Positions 12,521 to 25,100 of a stretch of DNA of 64,000 nucleotides are shown here, in pieces. The position numbers were made by a program, and so were the translations under genes. Below the pieces are notes generated by a model. That model saw nothing but the letters and a program-made list of their open reading frames with translations. It ran no database searches and was not told where the DNA came from. How positions within the stretch are numbered: the stretch's first letter is position 1; each line of letters starts with the position of its first letter. Source of the stretch: Negaprion brevirostris (Eukaryota); contig JARDVH010000115.1 in the NCBI GenBank assembly GCA_030324005.1, positions 28,408,812-28,472,811 of the forward strand. Direction: 5' to 3'.

Positions 12521-13661
12521 TTTTAATCTCATGAAGGTTGGAATACAGAAATTAATAAAACAATGCAATTGTTCCAAAATCAGCCTTGTGGACTGTAGTT
12601 TTATTTCATAAAACTACAATCTTCCACTATTATCCTCTATAAAATTCATTATTGCCATAATTTCTATGGCATTGTTAAATTATTCAAATGCGTACAATTA
12701 ACATTTAATCATTTGCTAGTATGCTTGTTCTGGTATTACAATAGTTTGGGGGACATTACAGAATGAACGAAGGCTGTAGCTTCATTTATGAGATAAAATA
12801 GAAATGTTTCCGGATAACAGCATTNNNNNNNNNNCTGAAAATAAGGTCACTAGATCCAACTGGTATGAATCTCAGAAACTGAGGGAGCTTGGAGAGGATG
12901 TAATGGAAGCAGAAGTCAAAGTTCTCCAATCTTTTAAAACAGGATCAGCCACAAAGGACAGAAGAATAGAAAATATTTACACCTTGACTGGTGAAAGAAA
13001 AGGAGTGACACGGGAAATCATAGTCCTTGGAGTAGTTAATCCTCTTTAGTCAACAGATTCACAAATTTTTTTAAAGAGGCAGATGTGCTGTATGGCAATA
13101 TTTCTGTCCACCATCCTGTCCCAGGTTGCACAAATTGGGATCATTTACATGTGGAGCACATAAGGCTACTAAAGCGGCACTTGCCCTAAACGCAGAGACA
13201 GCAACAGAGTACCATGGCAAGGAGCAGCTGGAGATTAATATCCCAAACACAGTTTAATTATCTGCAGGAAATATCTGGACAATAAGTTTTAAGGAACTTT
13301 TTTTACTTTATTGGAGATGGAGACAGAGAGAGATAAAATAAAATGAGAGATAAAATAAAAATAACCTAGAGGATAATTAGTCGAAAGATTGTTTCAACTG
13401 ATTGATATTTGGCATATAGTGCATATATTCAATGTTACAAATAAAATAGCAAAACACGCACAGTTATTAGAATTATTTACCATAATTAGCTATTGCGGTA
13501 GAAACAATGTCACCACACAAATACACTTAAAGAGGAAAAGTACAAAACAATTACAGATAAAGCATAGAAACATTGTGTTAAAACAGATTCAGTTAAGAAT
13601 AAGCAGGTACTTTTGTCTGTAATTTCTAAACAGCTATAAGATGTTGCAAATGTGAAACAAG

Positions 13662-13990
13662 AATGGGCGAATGGGCGAATGGGCCAGGAACTGGCAAATG
13701 GAATTTAATGTTGGCAAGTGTGAGGTGGTCCACTTTGCTAGGAATAATGGTAGGAAGGACTATTACTTGCGTGGCGAAAAACTGCAGCAGGCGACGGTGC
13801 AGAGGGACCTCGGGGNNNNNNNNNNNNNNNNNNNNNNNNNNNNNNNNNNNNNNNNNNNNNNNNNNNNNNNNNNNNNNNNNNNNNNNNNNNNNNNNNNNNN
13901 NNNNNNNNNNNNNNNATGATCTTATTGAATGGCGGGGCAGGCTCGAAGGGCTGGATGGCCTACTCCTGCTCCTATTTCTTATGTTCTTAA
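13662..13990 (+). mobile_element. CR1 fragment (gapped)
   Basis: WQMEFNVGKCEVVHF...QRDLG and a 3' tail ...tactcctgctcctatttcttatgttctt. Confidence 0.9.
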
Positions 13991-14242
13991 GAATACTAGA
14001 AAACAGAAATAAAGCTTATATTAAATCACTTTTGCTAAAATGTCATGACAGCATTTCTGAATACCTTTCAGCCTACAAAATAAAAAATAAAATCAAAAAT
14101 AAATTAACTGCTAAGCTTTCAGAACCTGAACAGTTGATTCTGGGTATATGGTACATGATATTTTCCAGTTTTTTAAATATATGAACTGCATTTTATGGTA
14201 TTTTTCTTTTGTGTTTAAATGATACTGCATGAATCAACAGAC

Positions 14243-14373
14243 CTGTGTCGCAGAGGCTGCCTGCCCAGCCCTCCTCACATACACATTCCCAAGGTTTGGT
14301 GCAGGTCCCATGTAAACATCCAGGAAAAGGAACACACTTATCACACAGATCCCCCTGCCAACCAGACTTACAC
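14243..14373 (-). CDS. DLK1: DLK1 coding exon 3 (end of EGF1 plus EGF2, DOS region)
   Basis: Acceptor ctctgtcacag|G, donor ACAG|gtctgt, 131 nt. Encodes [43 protein letters not shown]. This frame is not in the ORF track and was read manually. Confidence 0.96.
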
Positions 14374-16114
14374 CTGTGACAGAGAAACAGCCATTAGATT
14401 CCAGGCAAAGTATGGCAAATGGTGTCCGGCTATCAACCAGGCTTGTAACCTTCATCCTTTGGCACAGTTTATAGATACAAGCAATAATTATTACATGGTT
14501 AATAAAAGCAAAATTCTGTGAATGAAATAAAAACAGCAAATGCTGGGAAAACACAGCAGATTGGGCAGCATCTATGGAGAGAAACAAAATTAACGTTTTG
14601 AGTCTGTTTGCTCTAAAGGTCATTATCAGCCTCTAAGCCCACCCCCCCCCACCCCCCACCCCCAGTGCATTCCTGCTGCAGAGGTGATTGAATGGCTAAT
14701 TACAATTAGTGGATTTGCATGATAATCAGATAATTAGTGGATTTGCATGATAATCAGATTGCTGCCCGTTATGGGCGAGAACATGATCAGGGCCAGCAAG
14801 GCAGGCCAGGAGCATTGCAGCGGTTGATTTTTCACACCGTTCTGATTCTTGCCAGGAGCTAGCAGGCCCAGATAATCCCTCCCCCCAACCCTCCCCCCCC
14901 ACCACCCTCTGTTTTCTCTCCATAGATGCTGCTGGACCTGCTGAGTTTTCCCATCATTTCCTGTAATTATTAGGTGATACTGGATTGAATTCTTGACATT
15001 TGGCAAATCAAGAGAAATAATTGCTACAGTGCTTGCCTTATTTTGTTTTTTGCATTTTCTATTCCTAATTCCATTCTAGCTCCATTCAAGTCTTTTTCAC
15101 TTTTGTTACCTTCTCGTACATCTCTTTCTGATTTAAATGTGCTGAATGAGTATGCCCAAAATTAGCATAGCCATATTTCACTGAACTAGATGTTTTCAGC
15201 AAGTTATCTAGCAATGGTAACATTCTCAATGCAATCGAAGTCTGCCCAGTGAAAATGGATCAAAAGATAAAAACCTGAGTGAAATATTAATGCCAAAGAC
15301 TTGAGACTTCGGGTATTATTTGGTATGAAAATTGACAGAAGATATTTTCTTTTCCACTTCCAAGCAATGCCAAATCTTGACTGACAAGGTGTGTTGACAA
15401 TTTTTTCCAAAATCTCTACCAATGTTACCCGGTTATTGTCTGTCAGGTACATAAGTGATGTCCCTCTAATCCCTTCACTTTCACGATGGTAAAAGGCTTT
15501 GATTTCTTCTCTTGACAGCATGTGAAGAAATATAGTCACAGGGGCACAGCAGACCATTTTATGTCCAGCTTACAGATGCTCCAATGTAATACACCACTCT
15601 GTCACCTCCTCAAATTTCATTTTAAGAAAGAAATATTCCACTTCATTTTGATGCTCAAGGCAATTAAAAAGTTGCCCGAGTTGCACAATCATTCTGTAAG
15701 CACAGCCATGTGATATGCTTTTCAAAGCAAAAAAATAATGGAAGGTATTTATTGTAATTAAATTAAATGAGACTGCCTGGACAACAGCCTGGTAAACTGG
15801 AAATCAGAATGCGTACAATGACACAAAGCAGTAGTGAGATGTGGACAAGTATTATAAATAAACCTAGAGCAGCACAATATTTAAATTATTCGCTCACAAT
15901 CTTGAAGCACCTCGTAATTTTATGCATGGTTCTATGAATCTGTCAGCAGAGGAGAAAACGCAATGTTTTAACATCCACATTTGGAAAATAAGAAATAAAT
16001 TGATATAATTGAAACATAAAACCAGATAATCTTATGAAATAAAAGATAATCAGAAAAGTAAAACATAAATTACATAATAAAAATAAGAATGCAAAAGAGG
16101 GATTTAAAAAAATA

Positions 16115-17520
16115 ATAATTCATGGGATATGAGGCTGGCTAAGCCAGCATTCATTGCCCATCTGTAATTGCCCCTGAGAAGGTGATGGTGAGCTACCTCC
16201 TTGAACCATTGCACTCATTGAGGTGTAGGGGCACCAATAGTGCTGATATGGAGAGAGTTCCAGGATTTTGACCCAGCACCAGTGAAGGAACAGTGATATA
16301 TTTCGACGTCAGGATGATAAGTGACTTGGAGGGGACCTTCCAGGAGGTAGTGTTTCCATGTGTCTGCTGCTCTTTTCTTTCTTGATGGTGAGTAACCATG
16401 CATTTGGAAGGTGCTGCCTGAGGAATCTTGGTGAGTTCCTGCAGTGCATCTTGTAGATGGTAGGCACTGCTGCCACTGTTCTTTGGTGTTTGAGGGAGTG
16501 AATGTTTGTGGAAGGGATGCCAATCAAGCAGGCTGCTTTGTCCTGAATGGGATGGAGCTTCTTGAGTGCTGTTGGAGCTGCACTTACTCAGGCAAGTGGA
16601 GAGAATTCCATCACACCTCTGACGTGTGCCTAGTAGATGATGTATGGGTTTTGGGGATTCAGTGAGTTATTCGTCCCAGGATTCCTAGCCTTTGATTGAC
16701 TCTTGTAGCCACAGTATTTATGTGACTAGTCCAGTTCAGTTTCTGGTCAATGATAACCCCAGGATGTTGATATTCAGGGGATTCAGCATTTGTAGTGCCA
16801 TTGAATGTTAAGGGGCAATGGTTAGATTATCTCTTGCTTGAGATGGTCATTGTCTGGCACTTGTGTGGCATGATTGTTACTTGCCACTTGTCAGCCCAAG
16901 CCTGGACCCTTCAGTGAAACAGTGTTGATGCCCTGGTTTGGTAATGGTAGAGTGGGGATATGCCAGGCCATGAGGTTACAGGCTATAGTCAAGTACAGTT
17001 CTGATGCTGCTGATGGCCTACAGCACCTCATGGGTGCCAAGTCTTGAGCTGTTAGATCTGTTTGAAGTCTATCATTTGGCAAGGTGATGATGCCACACAA
17101 CACAATGGAGGGTGTTCTCAAAAGGACTATGCAGTGGTCATTCCTACTAATATTATCATAGACAGATGCATCTGCGGCAGGCAGGTTGGTAAGGATAAGG
17201 ATGTTTTTCCTTCTTGGTGGTCCTCTCACCAGTCTAGCACTTATGTCCTTAAGGACCCAGTGAGCTGGGTTTGAGGGGGATGGTATGACCTGATGCCATG
17301 AAACTTCATGGAGCCAAGAAACAATGTTGAGGATTCCCATGGCAACTCCTTCCATGGAGATGGTGGTTGTCTTGGACATTTTCCAGAAGGTATGATTCCA
17401 TGAGTGTGACTAGTCTGTGAGACAGCTCTCCCAATTTTGCTACAAGCCCCTAGATGTTCGGAAGGAGGACTTTGCAGGATCGACAGGGTTGGGTTTGCCA
17501 ATCTTGTTTCCAGTGGCTAG
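16115..17520 (-). mobile_element. Decayed L2/CR1-group LINE (second family)
   Basis: Degenerate RT C-terminus and 3' UTR, homologous to 36440-37225 and 42990-44400. Confidence 0.75.
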
Positions 17521-18679
17521 ATCAATTCTGTTTTTGTTCCAATTGGATACAACTAAATGACTTACTTGAGCATTATCCTGGGTATCTTTCCAGCAAGAAT
17601 ACCACTGTGACACTCTAGTTAAATGGGAATAGTTTGGAAGAATCTCCGGGCCATTGTCCCAAAATTATTTATGGAATACTAACACACAAAAGCTTAGAAT
17701 ATTTGTTTGAAGTTCTACTATTTTCATTGAGGTATTAAGTGCTTGAAAAATATGCTAGTACTCTCACTAAAATAATTGAGAACTGCATTTAAGATAAATC
17801 ATTTAATGTTTGCATATTAACAAACCAGCGGAAAGCTGCAGATGCCAATATAACTTTATAAATGCAGATGAAGAAATTTAATTTAATTGGTATAATTAGC
17901 AAGTGACAAGGGTCATGACTTTCAAAGTTAAAATTGGAACATTCATTTCTTGTTGTTCACTGCATGGGATAACTTGCATCATTGAAGGACAATATGGTCC
18001 CCTCATCTAAAAATATAAACACGCCACGTATGATCTTCAGCCTGGGATCTCCCTGTGCGGGTACAGTGGTGGGGGTGGAGTGGGGGGTTGTCAAGATTCA
18101 ACAGAACACCAGTGAATTTGTGATTTCTGATTTTTGCAGCCCCTTGCCACAATGGGCCTGAGCCTGATTTCAATCGAATTAAATATATTTACACATCATT
18201 AAACCTGCCCCCCCTTTGCCGGAATGTTGAGGTTCTGCCACCCTACATGACACAGTGAAACATACCCATCCAGTTTTTTATGACAGAGTGTGGTAAGATC
18301 TGGAGAGCAAACCGCTCTGTTTCTCTGGAGAGAAACATACAATTTTTCTGGCCAGAACTAACACTGCCGTTTTTTGGTAAGATNNNNNNNNNNNNNNNNN
18401 NNNNNNNNNNNNNNNNNNNNNNNNNNNNNNNNNNNNNNNNNNNNNNNNNNNNNNNNNNNNNNNNNNNNNNNNNNNNNNNNNNNNNNNNNNNNNNNNNNNN
18501 NNNNNNNNNNNNNNNNNNNNNNNNNNNNNNNNNNNNNNNNNNNNNNNNNNNNNNNNNNNNNNNNNNNNNNNNNNNNNNNNNNNNNNNNNNNNNNNNNNNN
18601 NNNNNNNNNNNNNNNNNNNNNNGCTGAAAGGCCTCCTTCTGCACTTTAGAGATTCTATGATTCTATGAGTAGTTGGAAG

Positions 18680-19190
18680 TTTTGGAGAGAGTGCAAAGAA
18701 AATTCACTAGCATGTTGCCTGGTCTCGAAGGGGTTGCTATGAGGAGAGGCTGAATAAACTAGGATTGTTTTCGCTGGAAAGACAAAGGCTGAGGGGAGAC
18801 CTGATAGAGGTCTACAAAATTATTACAGTCATAGACAGGGTGGAAAGTCAGAGGGTTTTTTTTCCCAGGGTGTAAGTCCTAAATTACAAGGGGCCACAGG
18901 TTGAAGATGAAAGAGAGAAAGTTTAAGGGAAATGTGCGAGGGAAGTTTTTCATGCAGAGAGTGGTGGATGCTTGGACCACATTACCAGAGGAGGTGGTGG
19001 AAGCAGGTACTTTGGCAACATTTAAGAGGCATCTGGATGGGTTCATGAATAGGGAGGAGATAGAGGGATATGGACTAAGTAAGAACAAAAGGTGTTTATT
19101 GAGTTTAGATAGGGCATCATTAACGGCACAGGCTTGAAGGGCTGAAGGGCCTGTTCCTGTGCTGTACTTTTCTTTGTTCTTTGTTCTTAT
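18680..19190 (+). mobile_element. CR1 LINE 3' fragment
   Basis: RGKFFMQRVVDAWTTLPEEVVEAGTLATFKRHLD and a (ttctttg)n tail. Confidence 0.92.
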
Positions 19191-19939
19191 TCTTGCTGCG
19201 CACAATTACAGGAAAGACCATTTGCCAGTCTATCATCGATGCAGCATTGATGCAGAAGTGATAGTTCAGAAATGAGCAACAACAGTATTTCTGGGACTCG
19301 AGCTTCTGAGGAGGGATTTTAAGCTCTAAAATTATTCTAGACAAAATTGACTTATGACAAATCAATGTCCTAGATATATTCCAGGGATAGTTGACAGAAC
19401 TTCAGTAGGCCAGATGGCTGGGACATGGAGCATGGAATTCCAGAAATCAAAAATCCCCAAGTACGATCCGGCTGCCTCCCACAGAGTGCTGGATATTTTC
19501 AGCGAAATATAGAAGTTGATGCTTGTTGGTTAACTCCTTTAAAAGAAATGGCATGAAATGATCAAAACCTCTACTAAATATCATTTTTTCTGTTTTATGG
19601 AAATTGGGGAAAGAGGAAGCTATTAATGTGGGCAGCAGTCAGATTTGAAAAGTATAAATGTGAAATGGATATCCATTCTGGGATTTGCTTGTTTGATCTC
19701 CTTCCTTAATTACAGTTACTGGAGCCAATAGCTGCCAGCTCCTCTTAATTAAAACTGGGATCTTTGGATGTGCAGGACCAGGCAATGCCTTAATCTACTG
19801 GATATGAGAAACATCCAGGCCTTTGTTAAATGATTCAGATATGGAAAAAATTAAAATAAATTTGAAGAGTGAAATGTTATATGTTGAAACAGATAGCGAA
19901 AAAAAGGGGTCCAGCACTGATAGCAGCCAAGTATTGTTG

Positions 19940-20255
19940 TGCAAGTCCTGAATTTAAAAGGAAGTATCACATCGTGGACAATACTCTCCACTTACCTGAA
20001 CAATTGCAGCACCAACTATACCCAATTGCTCAACCCCATGCAGGACAAAGCAGCACCTCTTGACTGATACCCCATTCAGCACCTTAAATATTTATTCCTT
20101 CCACTACTGGCGCACCATGGCTGTAGTGTGTACCATCTAGAAGGTGCACTGTAACTTACCAAAGCTTCTTTTACAGCACCTTTCAAACTCACAACCTCTG
20201 GCACATAAAGGAACAAGGCAGCAGCTGCACGGATACATGAGTAACTCCAACACCA
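19940..20255 (+). mobile_element. L2/CR1-group LINE fragment
   Basis: Reverse-complement homology to 16215-16650. Confidence 0.6.
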
Positions 20256-20682
20256 GAATTCTACCACCCCACCCGCCAAGGAATTGGAGCGGGCGAGGGG
20301 CGGACAGCGGAAATGTCTGATGACCTCGGGCAGGAATTTCTGGTCTCATTCGAGGGAGGCTGTAACATCCCATCCCAGGTTACAAAGTGTATTGACCTGG
20401 ACATAAGGAACATGAGCAGGAGTGAGCCAACTGGTCCCTCAAACCTGCTCCACCATTTAATAATATCCTACCTGATCATGGACATCAACTCCACAATTTA
20501 ATGCTGATATTATACCAATGTGACTGACTCTTAAATGCCTTCTGAAATGACCAGCAAACCATTCAGTTGTAACAAATCCCTGCAAAATCTAAAAGGAATG
20601 AACCATCCCTCATCAACTTAGGCACATGAAACGATGATAGTAGACACAGCCCGGTTAACCCTATAAAGTTCTCCTTTCTAAC

Positions 20683-21066
20683 ATAGAATCATGGAATCCC
20701 TATAATGCAGAAGGAGGCCATTCAGCCCATCAAATCTGCAGCAACAACAATCCCACCCAGATCCTATCCCCATACCCTTAGTAACTTACCCTGTTGATTC
20801 CCCTGGCACTAAGGGGCAATTTGGCATGGCCAATCAACCTAACTCGCACATCTTTGGAGTGTGGGAAGAAACTGGAGCACCCGGAGGAAACCCTCGCAGA
20901 NNNNNNNNNNNNNNNNNNNNNNNNNNNNNNNNNNNNNNNNNNNNNNNNNNNNNNNNNNNNNNNNNNNNNNNNNNNNNNNNNNNNNNNNNNNNNNNNNNNN
21001 CTGGAGCACCCAGAGGAAACCCACGCAGACAGGGGGAGAATGTGCATACTCCACACAGTCACCGGA
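20683..21066 (-). mobile_element. HE1-like SINE (gapped)
   Basis: Tail and body shared with 1156-1487. Confidence 0.85.
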
Positions 21067-21129
21067 GGCAATTGGGAAAGCTGTCCCAGGGTTGAGTTCA
21101 ACAACTGCCTGACATTATTATACCCATGG

Positions 21130-21556
21130 AATCACACATTGCAGTTGATGTCCCAGACACCATCACCATTATCCCTGTACTGTCAATATTACTGAAGACC
21201 TGTCTTCCAGAACTAACTGCACCCCTGGCCAAGCTGTTCCAGTATAGCTACAACACTGGCATCTATACTGCAGAATGGAAAATTGCCCAGGCATGTTCAA
21301 TCCACAAAAACCAGGACAAATCCAACCTTGCCAATTACAGTCCCATCAGTCTAATTTNNNNNNNNNNTAATGTGGTGGAAAAGGTCATCAACAGCACTAC
21401 CAAACAGCACCTATACAGCAACCTGCTCACTGCTACTCAGTTTGGGTCCCACCAGGGCCAGTCAGCTCCTAACCCTGTTATTGCTTGCTTCCAACATGGA
21501 CAAAATGAGCTGAACTCGGGAGATGATGTGAGAGTGACTGCCCTCGACATCAAGGG
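21130..21556 (+). mobile_element. L2/CR1-group LINE reverse transcriptase fragment
   Basis: LKTCLPELTAPLAKLFQYSYNTGIY..WKIAQ...KSNLANYSPISL...QFG...VTALDIK. Confidence 0.88.
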
Positions 21557-21637
21557 TGATTATATTTTAAAAATTATCTTTACAAATCTGGAGCATGAGT
21601 AACATTTGCCTGGCTGAATGTTTAGTTGAGTTAGTAC

Positions 21638-21701
21638 CTGCATTCCCCAGTGGTCTCACAGAATCCATTTAATGAGTGGCAGCCAAGTTTGCATTCAGTC
21701 C
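21638..21701 (-). CDS. DLK1: DLK1 coding exon 2 (start of EGF1)
   Basis: Acceptor ttttcttctgtatccgaag|GG, donor TGCAG|gtacta, 64 nt. Encodes GTECKLGCHSLNGFCETTGECR. Confidence 0.94.
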
Positions 21702-23022
21702 CTTCGGATACAGAAGAAAAATGTAAATTAGTAAATGATTGTCCAAGTAATGAGCAGAGTTACCATCCCTAGAAAACATTTATAAATATCACTTCTGCAA
21801 GTTCCAATGGACTATTTGACTCCATTATGTTTGTATCAGGATTTACAATGAATGGCCATTTAATGTTATAGACAGTGAAAGTTTAATTATTCCAAGTTAG
21901 CTATTTGTATCTCAAAGGTATGGTATAATCAGTTACCCTATGGTCTACCTTTTATTTTAATTTCAGGTCAATTTCATATTTAAATCCACAGAGCTGAATT
22001 CTAAGAATGGACTGAATTAATAATGGGATTGTTAAACACTAGAGATCAGATCTTCTTCTGCTGGTGAATATTAAAGAAAGGCAAATATGAATATAAAAAG
22101 TCATGGAATGTCAGCGAATCATCTGTGTTTAGTTCTCCTCAGAGCATTCCTATTGTTGAGAAACAGAAGTAAAAACATTGATGAAAAGTTTTGAAAAAGT
22201 TAACTAAGTTCATTAGCAGTTGTTCATGAGGAATTCTAACAGTATTTCATTTGTGCATCAAAAGCCGAGTATTTAACTTTAGCTTAGACATGACAACAGT
22301 GAGAGTGACAAAGCTGAGGATGCGAAAAGGAGGTGAACACAATCAGTGCTGTGGGAATTTTGTAAGCTGGGGTATAAATGAAGTACAAACAGTGACTGCA
22401 TATGTTATGGTAGAGGAGAATAAAGAGCCAGGAGATCAAGAAGCTTTGGACATTTATTAGTTAGCACCATCCCAGCCAATCCGTCTTCTGCCTTAGAATT
22501 AAACTACCTGTCAATAGTGGAGCAATGCTTCAGATTGTTCATGCTCACCTGAGATGTGCTAGGTGCAATGTGCCACTTGATCCATGAAACCTGTAAGAAC
22601 AGTTAGCTATCTGCACCAAACTTCCCGTGATATTGAATATCACCATGGACCTCAAAAATTATACCATAGAAACCCAAAACAGTTGGTGTAACACGACAAA
22701 TGCGCTGTTTTGGCTACTGCATTCTTATTACTTAGACTGCTATGTCCTTGATAATGTTTGTCAATATGCTTGTATATATCATACATGTCATAGAATAATG
22801 ATAAGTATGGTACTTCCCACTGGTCTGTTTTCTGTAGCTGTCAAAATCCAATCCCCTCTAAACGCTAACCAAATAATGCAAAATTGTTTGCTTGGATGAC
22901 ATGAGCACCTTCAATTCCTTGGTTTCCCTGGCTGTTGCATGATGAAGCTTTTATTACATAGGATTTTTGTCTTTAAACACATGGTGGGCCATCTATTGTC
23001 ACTGTGGGTTTTGGATGTGGTG

Positions 23023-23361
23023 ATCATGGGTCTGGACTTATAGACAATGCTGCAGGCACAACTGTTGAAAAACTCTACCTTTTGTTGAACATTACATTAG
23101 CTATGTACAATACAGACTCAGCATGAGGCTCTGCATAAAACTTACTCTTTCTCTCATGTAATGTCATGTAATCTTACACCACTGATGTAAACTATCATGG
23201 GCCTGGGCTTATGGACAATGATGGAGGCAGGGCTATTGGTAAACACTACCTTTTATTGAAAATTATATTAACAATGTACAATACAGACTCAGCCTGAAGC
23301 TCCACATAGAAATATATCTCTCCATGCTCTGGTGTCATGCGATTTTATATAATTGATATTG
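23023..23361. repeat. Diverged tandem duplication, about 172-bp unit x2
   Basis: atcatggg.ctgg.cttat.gacaatg...ctacctttt.ttgaa...atgtacaatacagactcagc.tga occurs at 23023 and 23195. Confidence 0.85.
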
Positions 23362-23849
23362 ATTATATATTTCCATATTAAACATTAACTCTTTATACTA
23401 CACTAGGGATTGAGACATGACAATTGACCATTGGAAATTCCTACTTGCTGTGAATTCACTATTTTAGCATGGCATATATAATGTAATTTGTATAACCCTT
23501 TTCATTTCTGCTGTTTCACTTTCTTCATTGTGATTAATATTTGTTATATCAGCAAGACTTTTTGACCTAATTATTTTTGACCAGCACAATTTATGTCATG
23601 TGCACCCTCTGCACTAATTTTGTGGTAGCTCTTTTGCATACCAACCAAACTAACTTAGGGTCTAATTTTGTGGTAATACTCATTCTTCCTTGTGTTTCCC
23701 TAATCTTACAACTTCCCTACCCTCTATATCACCTGCCTGCTCCTAATCAGGAAGGCAACTTTAACACCTACTTTCACATACAACCATCCTTTCAGACATG
23801 TTAATATGGTGATTCCATTCCATTCTCCCACTTTATTCTCATGGTGCAT

Positions 23850-25100
23850 CATTCCATACCAGTGCTTTCAATAAATCTTTCTTTCTGAACTGAGGATTCT
23901 CTTCCACTATGGTGCTCAGCTGTATCTGTTTCATTCCCACATTTCTATTTCTCATCCCCCACCACCACCACAATTGGGTTCCCTGTTATCTGCAGCATCC
24001 ACTTCACTAGCTTCCACATTCAACACGTCATTTCTGCCACCAGTTACATTATGCCACTACCAAACACACCATCCAATCCCCTACCCTTTCTACATGCCAT
24101 CAGGATCATGGCTTCAACCATTTGCACCCACCCACCCAACACACCACACCACACCACACCACACACCCCTTCCTTCTCACTGCATTTTCCCATGTAAGTG
24201 CAGGAAGTGCATCATCTGCCCTTTTAACCTCCTCTTTTCTCACTGTCCACAGTTTTAAACACTCCTTTCAGGTGCATTTATGATTTACTTTTATTTCTGT
24301 GAGCCCCTATATGGGGAAAAACAGATTGGCTGATTGCTTTAAGGAACTCTTCTGTTCAGTTCACAAGAGTGACTTTGAGCCCCTGTTGTCTGTCACTGTA
24401 ATTCTGCACTCCCACTTTAACATCTCTTTTTGTGATCTCCTCCAATGAAATTAGGCGTCCGTTTGAGCAATAGCGCCTCATCTTTCGATTAAACAGTTTA
24501 CAGAGTTCCTGACTCAACATCTGACTTCAGCAAATTCCTGTCATGACCTCCCATTCTCTCTAGTTGTAGCTGTGATTCTCCCATTCCCATTGCCACCTCC
24601 TTGAGGCCCTGCTGCTCTCTTATTCAATTACCACCTGCTTTTGCCTTGCACTAATATACTTTTGCTGAGACAATCTCTCCTGCTCAAAACTCTATTACAG
24701 ATCTGTCCTTCCCCTTTCCCTGAAAGTTTATTTATTAGTCACAAGTAAGGCTTGCATTAACACTGCAATTAAGTTACTGTGAAATTCCCCTAGTCGCCAC
24801 ACTTTGGCACCTGTTCGGGTCAATGCACCTAACCAGTATGTCTTTCAGACTGTGGGAGGAAACCCATGCAGACAAGCAGAGAACGTGCAAACTCTGTACA
24901 GACAGTGACCCAAGCCAGGAATCGATCCCAGGTCCCTGGCACTGTGAGGCAGCAGTGCTATCCACTATACCACCCTGCCTTTGTGGTTTAAAATTGGGAA
25001 CATTTCTCACCTTCTACTGCTCTGATCAAAGATCATGGACCTGAAAGGTTAACTTTGTTACTCTCTNNNNNNNNNNAGAGCCTGACCTGATAGTATCCTC
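23850..25100 (+). mobile_element. Highly decayed Penelope-like element interrupted by a SINE
   Basis: Degenerate GIY-YIG region (tatatggggaaaa..., F.C..RKCIICP) and a terminal ctgatcaaagatcatggacctgaaaggttaac hammerhead-like motif. Confidence 0.55.
24726..24978 (-). mobile_element. HE1-like SINE variant
   Basis: tRNA-like head and shared body, with the alternative tail ...gtaagccttacttgtgactaataaataaact. Confidence 0.85.

Noticed and set aside
13081-13260. Possible extra EGF exon in intron 3
   Set aside because: I saw no EGF cysteine pattern in the part I translated, and exons 3 and 4 already join in frame.
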